DNA of 63,430 bases, the filler included, from Neolecta irregularis DAH-3 (taxonomy: Eukaryota): NCBI GenBank assembly GCA_001929475.1. It is 27 parts of 27 records of this genome, joined end to end, with 100 filler letters (N's around TTAATTAATTAA, not from the genome) between each part and the next. Parts side by side here need not be neighbours in the genome. Positions count along the whole stretch, not along the records: positions 11,120 to 15,282 come from LXFE01001923.1; positions 15,383 to 21,567 come from LXFE01001928.1; positions 21,668 to 26,074 come from LXFE01001932.1; positions 26,175 to 28,130 come from LXFE01001933.1; positions 28,231 to 29,340 come from LXFE01001934.1; 22 more parts are not named here. One strand, 5' to 3'. The stretch's first letter is position 1. The number at the start of each line of letters is the position of its first letter. Positions 13,274 to 28,959 of the stretch are shown here, one piece after another. A program made the position numbers and the translations under genes. Below the pieces are notes generated by a model. The model was not told the DNA's origin and did no database searches. It saw only the letters and a list, made by a program, of their open reading frames with translations.

Positions 13274-14463
13274 ATGGCCATCGGAATCAGCGCAGACATG
13301 CTAGCCACCATGCGCCCGTCAAAAACATTTACACAACATACAGACATAATCACCTCGATTGATTTCGACGATACAGGTGAATGGGCAATTACCTCTAGTA
13401 AAGATCTCTCACTTAATCTGTGGGACTGCAAACTCGGAAAGCATGACTCGTTATTTATATATATTTCTGACTAAAGACATAATAAAACGCTGTATAGCAA
13501 AAAATACGGCGTCCACTTAGCGAGATTTACACATCATTCGACAAACGTGGTTTACTCATCAACATTGGTTGATGGTATATCTTCAAACAAAGTATGCTTA
13601 GACCTAGACACTTTGCGATACCTTTCCCTTCATGATAATTCTTTTATTCGGTATTTTAAAGGCCACGCGGGACGCGTAAATAGTCTGGAAATATGTCCCG
13701 CAAACGATTTGTTTCTGTCAACTGCAGCCGATAATACAGCTCGTCTATGGGACCTTCGTTCTGCATCTTGTCAGGTACTTTTCCCCCAGTCCACCAATTT
13801 GACATGGAGGGCTTGTTAAATATCCCTGGACCGAATTTAGGCGCGTTTGATCCGAGTGGAATTATTTTTGCAGTGTTATCGCAATCACTGAATACACTCC
13901 TCTTATACGATCTGCGCAATTTCGACAAAGAACCATTTTCCGAGTTCAGTCTTTCAGATGATTCTTTTCTTCAAAAGTTTTCCTTTCCCGCTCGCATGCC
14001 CGAATTCCAGAGACTCGAATTTACGAATGACGGAAAGCACATTTTCGTGGGAACAACCGGAAAAGTACACTATTCTATCCATTCTTTTGAAGGGAATATC
14101 GTATCAAGGATGATAGGACATGAACCTGTCGAGACCGCTGAATTGAATGCCGGGAACAGCTGTGTTACGCCAGATGGGCGGTATGCTCTTGCAGGTAAAA
14201 CATATCTACAAAATGCATGATCTTACGATTATCAGCATCGAACGACAGACAGATTATGGTTTGGGATTTACACAGAAAAACCCCAGAAGTGAGGGAATCA
14301 AAATCTATTTCTACTAAAAGTGTCGGCATATGTGATTTGGTTGCATTCAATCACAAGTCTGCTTTGATGGTCACGACTTCAAAAGAAGCGCTGGTACTTT
14401 TCTCATAATTCTTTTCGTATTCATTTTTAGACATTTTGGCTTCCTGATGCTTCAGTATCATAG
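13274..14463 (+). CDS. SWD2: WD40 COMPASS/CPF subunit Swd2 (WDR82)
   Basis: [44 protein letters not shown] and TFWLPD. Five short introns, the first apparently GC-AG. Confidence 0.92.
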
Positions 14464-15545
14464 CATTCTACAATCTGATTTCCCCCGGTGTTGGATTCAT
14501 TCAGTGTTATCATGTTCTGTAATCTTGGTATGTATGGTTAATCTGGGACTTCAACTTGAACTTTTGTTTACCCGCTCTCTCAGCACATTCACCGTTTTCA
14601 ATTCTCTAGCCCTGATCTCACCTCTCTGAATCCTCATCTGACCCTGCTCTGCCCATTTACGAACACAACATATCTTAACCACGGGAGCGTCCCCTCGTAT
14701 TCTTCCATTAGCAGTACAGCGGCTTAGTTTCTCTATAGAGATACTGACTGTACCGNNNNNNNNNNTCCTGATCTCACCTCTCTGAATCCTCATCTCACCC
14801 TGCTCTGCCCATTTACGAACACAACATATCTTAACCACGGGAGCTTCCCCTCGTATTCTTCCATTAGCAGTACAGCGGCTTAGTTTCTCTATAGAGATAC
14901 TGACTGTACCGAATCTGCTTTTGCGTGAGTCATGTGTTCATCGATTAATCAGAGAAATCCATTATTTTATGATTCAAGTATCGGAGTCATTCTACAACTT
15001 CATCATACCTAAAACAATGTTTCTGAAGGAACCTCGAGGATGTAGTGGTCTCCTTAGGAGCCGTCCTTTTCTCATATATCAATGCATCTAGCAAAATGCG
15101 CTCAACAAATATTGATTTACCTTGCGTAGATATTTGTCTACTTAAAGTTTCTTACACTTTCTATTCCGCTACGGGACATGAAAGTAAAACTATTGTCAGT
15201 CCAGTGTCATCAGTTTACAAACGAAACAAAGAAATATCTCTACAGTCAGTCTGGAATCGAAAAATATGTTCATTCTTTCCCTNNNNNNNNNNNNNNNNNN
15301 NNNNNNNNNNNNNNNNNNNNNNNNNNTTAATTAATTAANNNNNNNNNNNNNNNNNNNNNNNNNNNNNNNNNNNNNNNNNNNNCACGCGCCCTTGTCTGAC
15401 TGGTCCTGTGCATTTCGCCTTCTCTCTGGATAGATTGCACCGCAACACTGGACTGTAAAGATAAACTGATAAACACCAAACATTCTCCATATCCTGTCTA
15501 TCTAGACCTTATCTACCGACAATCCCTTGAGCACAAAGCAGGCTT

Positions 15546-16895
15546 TCATAGACTCTGGTCGTTACTCGTTTGCCTCTGCTTGGCCCATGCCTCCACCAAT
15601 GCAATACCGCTATCTCGCGCCTGTGTTCGTAGACGGTCGAGGGCTTCTGCTTCGATCTTTCTTCGTTTCGTGTTGCCATCCAATACTTCTTCCCCATTCG
15701 AATCCAGTGATCTGCGACGCCGTTTGAGACTAGAAGCTCGGTGACTCACCTCAGCTTGAGTACCATGGCGAGACGCTTCACTTTCTTTCGAGACTGCGGC
15801 AACGGGCGGTGCGACTGCAGCAATCCCAGACTGTCGGTTTTGGATCCTCTCTTCAGTTGCAAAGCGAAACTCAACTGGGATAGTGGGACGGCGCCGGTGA
15901 CCCTTAGTAGGAGTTTCTCCTTTTTTGACTTGCGGGCCGTTCGTTTGGGGAGTATGTCGTCCTGCAGCTGTTACGTCCTTGTTCGGGGTGCTAGCGATAA
16001 GCTGTCGAGTCGGGTGTTGGGCCAAAGAAGCTCTAGGAGAACCAAAAACCCCCTTGAACGCCTTGCCGATCGAATTGAATATCGTATCCCTGTTGGTTGA
16101 AGCTGATCTCGGTGTTTCCACTTTGGAAGAAACAACGGCGCTCAAAGGGGACAACGCGTCCACTTTAGACAAAACACTTGTCGGGCCACCTGCAGGGAAA
16201 TTAACGCTAGCAACATCCCTTTCGTTCTTAGCGGCTCTGAGGGGAGTTTGTTGGAAGGAACCAGAATCCGGACTTGTTCTGGCTCTAGGGCACAACAATA
16301 AAGGGGCTTTTCGCTGATACGACGGTTGATGGGTGACTGGCCCCGAGTGCTCTGGCTTTGCAGGGAACGAAAACCCTTTGTGTAGAACAGCTTCTGATGT
16401 ACTCTGTTTTTTCTGACTTGATAAACCTGGCAAAGACTGGAATGGATTCGGCTCCGGACTTGCTTTCATTGTTCCCGCAACGGCTGGCAAAGTATACAAA
16501 CTGCCACCTCTCGAGTGATGAGCCGCGGATGAATATCTCGAGGCCTTCTTGTGGCTAGTTTCGATGCGTTCTCGTCGAGTTTGCGATACAATCTTCCTAA
16601 TTGGACTTTTCCAGGGAGATCTCGAAATAATCGGTTTCTTACGTGCAGAGAAGGTAATCTTGCGTGTGAAAGAGTCATCAGATTCATATGCAAATTCCAA
16701 TTCGGCGCCATGAACTGTTGGGTCATATTTGGGCGTCGCTTTTACATCATTTTGCCGGGATCGGATTGGAGTCCTTTCGTCTACTGGGTAAGCATTATCG
16801 TAAACAAAGGAAAGGATGATGCCTTTAGCTAGCAATGCAGCATGTTTGGATTTCATTAATGATTTGGACTTTTTCTTTCGGATAGAAGGAGACAT
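15546..16895 (-). CDS. Hypothetical basic, Ser/Pro-rich protein
   Basis: 449-aa ORF. The C-terminal PTIPVEFRFATEERI resembles TPX2-like microtubule-binding motifs (weak). The 5' exon structure is uncertain. Confidence 0.6.
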   Translation of the reverse strand: MSPSIRKKKSKSLMKSKHAALLAKGIILSFVYDNAYPVDERTPIRSRQNDVKATPKYDPTVHGAELEFAYESDDSFTRKITFSARKKPIISRSPWKSPIRKIVSQTRRERIETSHKKASRYSSAAHHSRGGSLYTLPAVAGTMKASPEPNPFQSLPGLSSQKKQSTSEAVLHKGFSFPAKPEHSGPVTHQPSYQRKAPLLLCPRARTSPDSGSFQQTPLRAAKNERDVASVNFPAGGPTSVLSKVDALSPLSAVVSSKVETPRSASTNRDTIFNSIGKAFKGVFGSPRASLAQHPTRQLIASTPNKDVTAAGRHTPQTNGPQVKKGETPTKGHRRRPTIPVEFRFATEERIQNRQSGIAAVAPPVAAVSKESEASRHGTQAEVSHRASSLKRRRRSLDSNGEEVLDGNTKRRKIEAEALDRLRTQARDSGIALVEAWAKQRQTSNDQSL

Positions 16896-17560
16896 GAGTA
16901 GGAGGAGTAAGGAAAGAAGGACTAATTAGATAGTCAACAAAAGAAGCCGCTACAACATTCTACGACCACCACGTGGTCCACCTGATGGCTCTTTATTTTT
17001 GTTTCGTAATTTATTATTTTCTGAATCTTCAATTACAATGTTTTTGATCCAGCATGATCTCAGTTTTGTATGGACAGTCTTACCAGACGCGTAAGCAAGA
17101 CATGGCAGCCTTTATGTTTCTACTCTTTGAATGATTATTAAAAGTATTCTTAATCACTCGTAAATAATGGCATCTTTCTAGAATGTGACCCCGCGTGGGA
17201 AATATTTATAACGTTGCAGGGTATATCAGAAACGTGCAGAGCTACATTTTATCCTTGCTTGGGCATTCGAAAACACGTTGATTGAATTCAACCTAGAGGA
17301 TAGCGCGGCAGCTTCTAGTTGACCAAGAGTAAACAAAGATATGTGCAAGGGGAGATCGCTGCATTTCAATGACTCTGTAAAGCAAAACAAGAGCGACAGG
17401 ACAAATACCACCTAAATTCGCAAGAGAATATAGTCATAAATCGGATATAAATGCAAGCATTCAAAATGTAGAGACCACACACAAAACAACACATCCGGCT
17501 GCGAATGCAATAACACGCTCAAGGTCATTCCGTGCTCCGATTTTACTCCAATACATCAAT

Positions 17561-20284
<2,724 letters not shown>

Positions 20285-20596
20285 TACAGTTCCGCAACGT
20301 TTAGAAACGGTTCAAAACCCGACCAAGGGGATTTCAGGGGGTTGATAAAGTCGGATCTGATATGCTGATCACAGAATCTGGTACTGAGGCTGGGGTAGCA
20401 GCAATACAAGTAGCGAACGGATGCTTTGAGAAGAATTGTGGTGGCGAGTCCAGATTTGTCAAACCCCACTCATTTTTAGATATGCAAAAGGGAAAGGGAG
20501 ATATGAAAGTGCAATTTGAATAAACGGATACAAGGTCACATTCTATACAAAACCAAGGCAAGAGGCCTAGACGACATAAATGGCAATCCATCCATT

Positions 20597-21370
20597 TTAA
20601 TACGGGCTGTATTGTGGCCGCCGTCCTCGATATCCGCCGCGGAAACCAGCTCGATATCCACCTCTGAAAGGACGGCCCCGGCCCCGTCCTCGACCTCGGG
20701 CGGACATTCCAGGCAAATTTGTTCGCTTGGCAACAACCTAGAATTAGTATGGAGAGAGACAGAGAATTAGTATGGAGAGAGAGAACTTAGATGGAGAGAG
20801 AAATTAGATGGAGAGAGAGAAATTAGATGAAGAGAAAGATATATAAAATACAAGGAAAAGAGAGGAAATACCTTCAAAAGACGCCCTCTGAAAAGACTCT
20901 CGTTTAAAACCAATGCTTGGGCAACGAGGTTTGGTTCCGAGAATTCTACATAGGCATAGCTAGCAGTTAGACGGGCATGAGGGCGATGATACCCCTTTGG
21001 ATGGCCGGTAAACTTGTCGCAGAGGATTGTAACGCGGTTTATAGTGCCGCAGGTTTGGAAATGGGTCTGGATTTCCTCTGGGGTGGCGCCATAGTCGACG
21101 TTACCGACGAAAATGCTTCTGGCATCGACATCGTCTTTGGACTCGCTGTCGATCTCCTCGTTTTCCTTGTCCAGATCTGCCTGCATTGCCCGCAGCTTTG
21201 CGGCTTCAGCCTCCATTTCTGCGACTCTTTGCTTCATTGCACGAAGCTCCTAAGCATGTTTTAACTCTTCTCTTTCTTTTCAGAACTGGATGGGTGGGCT
21301 GCACCTCTTCTTCCTCGCAGTTTTCCTCTATATCTGCTCTGCGTTCGTCGGCATGGGCATCCATCTGCAT
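20597..21370 (-). CDS. PAB2: Nuclear poly(A)-binding protein (PABPN1/Pab2/Sgn1 family)
   Basis: [18 protein letters not shown] ([31 protein letters not shown]) and an RG-rich tail ending RRPQYSPY*. Confidence 0.9.
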
Positions 21371-21667
21371 AAAAGAACAAAAGACGGATCGGAAGAAACG
21401 AGGAAGGGACCGGCGCTGTTTTTTGCGGGGTCACGTGACTGGGTGGAATTGGGCTGCTAACCGAAACAGACTCACCACCATCAACGCCCGAAGAAAGCTA
21501 ACGGACAATACGACGCCAGGCGATCCGATGGCCAATCAGCCTGCGCCAGCCAACACGATACCGGCGGNNNNNNNNNNNNNNNNNNNNNNNNNNNNNNNNN
21601 NNNNNNNNNNNTTAATTAATTAANNNNNNNNNNNNNNNNNNNNNNNNNNNNNNNNNNNNNNNNNNNN

Positions 21668-24600
21668 CATATGACTTGTTGTTGGGCAAGTCTTATATTG
21701 CATGGGGCAAAGTAGGGTTCAATACTGATGGCACGGGGAAGACATGGGTGTGGATTTATTCATTAGATGGGAAGCAGTGGGTAGTATTGTTAGGTGCCAA
21801 AGGCACCAGCTGTGTAGATCTTGAAGACAGAGTTCTTGCTTGTTCTTCTTACTTTGACTTGTTATGGGANNNNNNNNNNCCTGAAGTTTATTGGGACAGT
21901 CTCTATTATACCAAGTTCAGTAAGTTTTGGTTACTTCGCGTAACTCAATTAGTCATTATATCACATCTGTGTTATCTCACCTACAATGGTTAGCACTGCT
22001 TCTGGGGATGAACCATTCTGGTGCATCTGGTATGATGCAATGGACCATTCTTGAAACAACTGCCCCGACTTCCAGGAAGTGTTAAAGTCAGGTGCAGTTA
22101 GAATTAAAGAGGACAAGAAACTCGAAACCAAAAAGGGACTGGTCATCCCTCTATACTTTGGACATGGGGGACAGAAGTCCCACCCCCTACTAACATCAAC
22201 CCTTAATGCCCGACTGATTAAACTCAGGCCTTTCGCCTCAGAAGATGACCTAGTAATGACAACCATTGTAGACATCAACACTATGTCTGCACAACCTGAT
22301 TAGCATAGGTGGCAAATTCCAGTTACTGCTGCCCCAGAAAACCCTAGTAAACCGGCACCTTGATGGACTGTCAAGCCAGCTTCCATCACGAATGTTGAGG
22401 TGTCTCTGATCTTAGTCAAGCAACTCGAGGATACTCAATTTATGACTACTGTGGGCATTATCCTAGGGTTGTCTCCATTGGCATGAACAGCTTTCAGTAG
22501 AGAACTAAAGTCTTCACAAACTCCCACTTCCCAACTAGTGGATTTGATCGGACAAGAGATAGCTGCGCCTATGTCCAACGATATGGATCTGACTCATGAA
22601 GATATCCAGGAGATTCATACCCCCATTATTCCAGTTTGTGGGGTAAGCCAGCCAGGCAGTATGAACCACTAACCCTCAGGTCCGCACATATGGGCCTGGA
22701 GAAGGATAAGGAATTGGGTCATCCTCAGACCCAACCACTACATTTCACTGTTAAGTCCTCAACTATACAGGTCTTAATAAATGATACTCCAGTCACTGCA
22801 CTCTTGGACAATAGCTCGGAAATTTGTATCATTTCCATGAAACTCATTGAGGACCTTGGGTTGATGATGGATGATACCTTGAGCCTAAAGATGAGAGTTA
22901 CAGATGGCTGAAGTTCAAAAATTCTTGGAGTATGTGCCCATGTACCAGTGGCTTCATGATCCCAGTGCACAATGCAGTTATGGTGGATATGTCATATGAC
23001 TTGTTGTTGGGCAAGTCTTATATTGCATGGGGCAAAGTAGGGTTCAATACTGATGGCATGGGGAAGACATGGGTGTGGATTTATTCATTAGATGGGAAGC
23101 AGCGGGTAGTATTGTTAGGTGCCAAAGACACCAGCTGTGTAGATCTTGAAGACAGAGTTCTTGCTTGTTCTTCTTACTTTGACTTGTTATGGGATAGATC
23201 CCCACCAGCCTTCAATACTAGTACCCTCCATGAGAAGGTTGATCAAAAAGTAAAGCAGGTCAACCAAGCCTATACCCAGGGAGAAAAGCCTGAAACTTTG
23301 GATGCTACCACTGCTGCTTCTTGTAATAAAGGACTTGAGGTTAAAACTATCAACATTGGAAATGGAAATCTACAACCAGAGGAGATAGTTTGTATAGATC
23401 TGTCTTAGCTGAATTCCAAGATTTTCTTGCCTTTGTCGAAGCTGATAAAGGTAACCTAAGCCCCCATATTGCAGTTCCCACAAAAATAAACACTGTACCA
23501 CATGAACCCTGGCAATCAATAAATTACCCTATGAACAAGGTTAAGCAATTGGCAGCCATTGAAATACTCAAGGATCAACTCGCAAATGGACTCATGGAAT
23601 ACTTGTATGGACCCTATTGCAACACCTGGATTCTTGAAGAAAAGAAAGAGAAGGGTAAATACCAGTTGATAATAGACTGCCAGCCTTTGAATAAGGTTAC
23701 CATTAAGGATGCCTTTCAGCCTCCTTTGGTAGACCTCATCTCTGACGAATTTGCTGGCATACCTATTATCACCCTGGCAGATATCAAAGATGGATATGGG
23801 CAGAAAGAGATTGATTATGCCTATTGAGACCTTACCTCTATACATACCCCCATCGGATTACTACACTTGACTTGACTCCCTCAAGGCTGGACTAACTCAG
23901 TAGCAGACTTTCAACACTGCATGTCCAAAGTCTTGTTGGACTTGATCCTGAACACCTGCAGAGTATTTATTGACAATATTGCTATAAAGTTGCCTTCTGT
24001 CATTGATGAAACTTTAGATCATGGAGTCCATAGATATGTTGTCCAACATATCCAGATGGTCACCAATGTTTTATCTGAATTGAAGAAGGCTAATCTCACT
24101 ATAAGCATCTACAAATCACAGTTTGGGCATGATACTGTTAATTTCCTTGGTTACCAGGTTGGAAAGCATGATCAAAGTCCAATGCCTAAGAAATTGGACA
24201 AGATTGCTGCCTGGGAACCCTGTCATGATGTCAAAGCAGTTTGAGGGTTTATTGGGCTCTGTATATATTACAGGGTCAGGGTAAAGGAATTTTCTCAAGT
24301 CATGAGGCCTCTATATGACCTCACCAAGAAATTTGCAAGGTTTCACTGGGGTCCTAGCGAGCAGCGAGCTATGGACCACATGATGGAGCTGCTATGTAAG
24401 GCTCCTATTCTTCACACACTGGATTATGATTGTTGGAATATTATTATGACAGATGACAGTGAGCAAGGGTGGGGAGCCGTCATTCAACAGGAAGATGATG
24501 AACGGCACAGATATGCCTGTCATTATGAATCAGGGACCTGGAACTCAGCTGAACTAAAATATGCCTTGATCCAAAAGGAATGTCTTGGCTTGGTCAAGGC

Positions 24601-25618
24601 CCTGAAGAAATTTCACTACTGGATCTTGGGAAACAGGATTACTATTGAAACTGATGCCTGCACCTTACTATGGATGGTAAATCGATCACCCAAAGATATG
24701 CTGAATGCCATGATGGTCAGGTGGCTGGCCTTGATCTGCATGTATGACTTCAAGATCAAACATGTGCCTGGCCATAAGAATTCAGTAGTGGATTTCCTAT
24801 CATAAGAAGGGAACAGTGGCGAAGCTGAGTCTGAGGAAGAGGTGGACAAGTTCATAGATGCATCATTAGGTAGTTTTTATATTCAAGTTTGTAATTCTGG
24901 TATTGTAAATGAACCATTCACAGAAAGTCACTACAAAGGGAATATTTGGAAATTGGAAGATGGCTTAGCACACTGGTGGATATCCCAGGGTTTACAGTGT
25001 AGGAAATGAAACACATAAAGGACAAAAGCAAAAATTACTTGATAAAAAACTGCAAAATATATAAAAACAGTGATAAAAGAAGGGGGACACCCAAAAGAAT
25101 AATTGAGTGTAGAAAAGATATAAAGATATTGGGGTGTGCTCATGAGTAATTGGGCCACCGGGGAGTTGAAGCAGTTATGAAACTGCTCAACAGGAAATAT
25201 AAATGGAGAAAGATGTTTGAAGATATTCAGGCTCATGTAAACAGTTGCAACAAGTGTCAAAGAGGAGGACCAATCGGAATGTGGAGGAGTTACACCCGAC
25301 ATTTAGTAATTTGGTATGGGAGAAGGTCAGCATAGATGTAATTCACATGCCCATGAATAAGGGCAAGCACTATATTGTGGTTGCACATGACAACCTGATG
25401 GGGTGGGTGGAGGCTAGAGCATTGGCAAAAATAAACGCTGATGCAGTGGGCAAGTTCCTCTATGAGGAAATTATATCAGGTTTGGCTGTCCAGAAAGATT
25501 GGTAGTTGATGGGGGTCCTGAGAATAAAAGACTTGTATGAGAAATTTGTGAGATGTACAAGATAAGGGTTAGTGAAATTAGCCCTTACCACCCTCAATCC
25601 AATGGGATGGTTGAACTC
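21668..25618 (+). mobile_element. Degenerate Ty3/Gypsy gag-pol (protease ALLDNSSE, RT FIDN, RNase H, integrase)
   Basis: Domain order is PR-RT-RH-INT. Many stops and R->C/H/Q/* changes. The integrase PYHPQSNGMVE is interrupted at 25619. Confidence 0.9.
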
Positions 25619-26074
25619 TGTCAACAAAATACCTCTTGGGGGTTCCGAACCAGGTTATGTGAAGTTAACCAAACTTACTGAACCTGGAATGTTTTTTCCA
25701 GGACTCAATCCCTGACACAACCTATAAGAGCACTCAGATAACTTAACAGCAACCAGACTCAAAAGATCCTACTATAGAACCTCTCAGAACCCAATCACTA
25801 ACTTAGAACAAACCCCAGTAAGGGTTTATCAGCAACCAACTTCCAAGTACCTCAAGTCCTTTCAAATCACACAAGTAGTTCAACCAATATATAAAAGTGA
25901 TCTTGGTAACTCTTGATCAGTAGATAGGATCCCAAAGAGTAGACTGTGAGGTTTTGGATGTATAAAAAAAGAGGGACTTTTCTTAGGCAGCCCTCAATCC
26001 CAACAGATAACAATTAACCAAGAAGTCTGGTTCAACCAAAATGTACAGATGTAACTTTGGCATCTCTAGATCTA
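25619..26074 (+). mobile_element. Probable LTR inserted into the integrase
   Basis: Starts with TGTCAAC exactly where integrase homology stops. Shares gttaYgYgaagt..accaaacttactgaac with the reverse complement of 21880-21965, which starts TGTGAT. Confidence 0.55.
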
Positions 26075-26751
26075 NNNNNNNNNNNNNNNNNNNNNNNNNN
26101 NNNNNNNNNNNNNNNNNNTTAATTAATTAANNNNNNNNNNNNNNNNNNNNNNNNNNNNNNNNNNNNNNNNNNNNACCAACTCAGATTCCCAGATATTCAA
26201 CAAATCATTCACTTAATCCTCAAGGATAATTCAGGAGTCTCTGTTAATACCATTTATGAAATTTATATTCAACAAATATTTGCAAGGCAAGGGAAACCAA
26301 ATATGATACTCAGGGATCCTCAGGTTAAAGAAGTCATGGTTTTTATCTCTAGGCAGGAATTTTTGGAAGACTATTGGAATTGGGTTGTAAATAAAAGTAG
26401 GAAATGATAGTAAAAGTTTTGGTGGTAAGTTTGAAAAACCAAAAAATTAGGAAAAGTAGAATAACAAATATGGTTATTAATTAAGAGGAGGGAAAAACAA
26501 GTATGAAATAATTAAGGGCATGTATATAGTATATAAGGGGCTTATCCCTGACCTTAGGAAAACAATCTAATCATCAAAGAATATTGTAATTTGAAATATT
26601 ATCAACTCTAAAAAAGTCCAAGAAGAAGCTGGGAGTTTGGTCCTAACTCAACTCTACAAATTCAACAAAAATAAAGTTAACAATCAACAAAATCAAAATA
26701 ACAAAATCAACAAAGATCCAACACAGGCTCCTAATCTCAAAATACCAACAT

Positions 26752-28040
26752 ACCTAGGTTGTCCAGTTAGTTCAACTACAAAGCCCCTGCACCCCCTGAA
26801 TTCATTTTCAGTTCACAACTTCACAGAATCGTTATGTTGCATACTGGAAATAATTTATATATTATTGCCTGAGGCTAGTAGACCAAGGCAATGAAGAAAT
26901 TGTCCATTTTGATGCCCTGCAAAGAAAACAACTTGAATTAATTTCAGAGCTACTTCAGAACTCTCACACAAATAAAGATAAACTTATTCAAAATTTCCTT
27001 ACAATATCAGCATTGTTTTTAATGCAAAAACTTGAAGGAAAAATATTTAACAATCTTATTATTCATTTCATGGCAATAATGGGAATCGATGAGTGAGTAG
27101 GTCAATTTCATCAGGCAGTTCATTATACCTATATATTGGCTGGGCTATTATATTGTACAAGAATAATCATTATTGGATGGATAATTCATTTGGAAAAACA
27201 GGAACAAGTATTTGAGCCTGTTAAACAACTTCAGAAGATACACCAAAAATGGCTTGTTGATAGTTCTGACACACTTGTCAGTACTATGATTAGTAGGTTG
27301 GCATATGGGAAAAAAATTGCAAGGGAAACTGGTAGCAGAGTAACAGTTCACTGGTCAGAAAATTCACAAATTTTTTATTTCTGTGGCAAACCAATTGCAA
27401 TGGACTATTTTCTGGGTTTTTTATGAAATTTAATTGATGACGCAGAAAATCTACTCTGGGATGAACTTTTTTTTGCTACAACTGATAGCCACCACTTTAC
27501 AATTGACTTGAGTAATGTTTAAGATAATATGACATCTACCAAAGTGGGAGAGTCATTTATTTCATTTCAAGATAACAAATTTTATCATGGTGAGGAAATA
27601 GTACTTCAGAATTTACTAGCATCACAAAAAAGATGAATTATGCTTGATATTGGCTAATGGAAACTTACAGGAAGAAAATATTACCATTCTCGAGTTCAGT
27701 AATTTTTAGAGTGGTTACTAATTTTAATGCACATTACTGGAGGTCAACCAGCTCAAGATACTGAAATTACAGCTCTCTGACATAGTAATTGTATCACACA
27801 AGATCGGAATATTTTTATCATTGATGGGAAAGTTGCTTTTATTATGCTATATCATAAATCACAAGTAATATTTCGATCTTCAAAAGTTATCCCACAATTT
27901 CTCCCTAATAAGGTTGGACAACTACTAGGAATTTATTTAATATATATTTGGCCATTTTTTGATTAGATAAATAACCTAGGCTGTCTAGTTAGTTCAACTG
28001 CAAAGCCCCTGTACCCCCTGAATTCAATTTCAGTTCACAA
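26752..28040 (+). repeat. Pair of 67-bp direct repeats (26752-26818 and 27974-28040)
   Basis: acctaggYtgtcYagttagttcaactRcaaagcccctgYaccccctgaattcaWtttcagttcacaa, 5 mismatches. Confidence 0.9.
26880..27965 (+). pseudogene. Relic of a fungal telomere-linked RecQ / DUF3505-type element protein
   Basis: LAGLLYCTR, SRLAYGKKIA, HITGGQPA(Q)DTEI, RNIFIIDG.V..YHKS and IPQFLP..VGQLL..YL.YI.PF. Many stops and nearly no CpG. Confidence 0.75.
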
Positions 28041-28230
28041 TGACCTGTTGAGTGGCTATCCTGGACCTGTAAGGGATGGCAGCACCTGTGGTGTGAACAC
28101 CTGTACAAAGACCTTTACATTATACCTGTGNNNNNNNNNNNNNNNNNNNNNNNNNNNNNNNNNNNNNNNNNNNNTTAATTAATTAANNNNNNNNNNNNNN
28201 NNNNNNNNNNNNNNNNNNNNNNNNNNNNNN

Positions 28231-28300
28231 CCCTGTAAGTTCTAGGACTTTCACTGTAATTCCAGATTTCCCTGTAAGTTTAAGAACTTTCACTGTGCAG
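28231..28300. repeat. Array of AACTTTCACTG-type motifs, same family as 43949-44080
   Basis: actttcactgta units at about 20-bp spacing. Confidence 0.7.
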
Positions 28301-28959
28301 GTTGTGCAATAGCTGCATGCTGTGACAACAGACAGTTCATAGTTGACAAGGGTTGTGACACAGCAGTGCACTGGTGTGGGGCAGCAGTACAGGGAGGTGA
28401 TGAGCACAGGAGTGAGAGGAATCAATTGGGTCAGGCATGCAAGGGAGGGTTAAAGTTTTCTATTAAGCTTACTAGCCATTTGTACTCAGTTATCACGTAG
28501 TCTTTTTTTTATCTTTTTCCAAGCCAATAGAAGGATCCAGAACCGCCAGCAATGCCCAGAATAACAGGAAAACAAGAGACAGATTCTCTTTCTGCGAAAC
28601 CAGCTGCTGCGTTTGTCCAGGAGCTGGATAACAGGGAGAAGGGTGTGGCACTGGGAGAGACCGCGCGTACGGGATCATGGTTTATTACAGCGCGCAGACC
28701 GGAGTGGAACCTTATTGTTTTCGCCTTGTTAAATTGGAGACGACAATAGCTTCTGGGGGGGGCGGGGTAGCTAATTCCTTTTTTTTTGAGGGGGCGTGGA
28801 ATGGGGAGGGGCAGAGAGGAGCAGCGCGCTGGATGGTGTGTGGATGGCGTAGGGCGAGCCGTCGATGATGGCCTCGACGAGGATGTTTGTGTCGGTAGGA
28901 GTGATGTATGTATGAGTAGCGGTGATGTCTGTGTCTGTGTCTGTGTCGGTTGGCCTGGA

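Noticed and set aside
14611..14911. 145-bp direct repeat across a 10-N gap
   Set aside because: Near-identical overlap at a scaffold gap, most likely unmerged contig ends or alleles. Its two differences are not CpG transitions.
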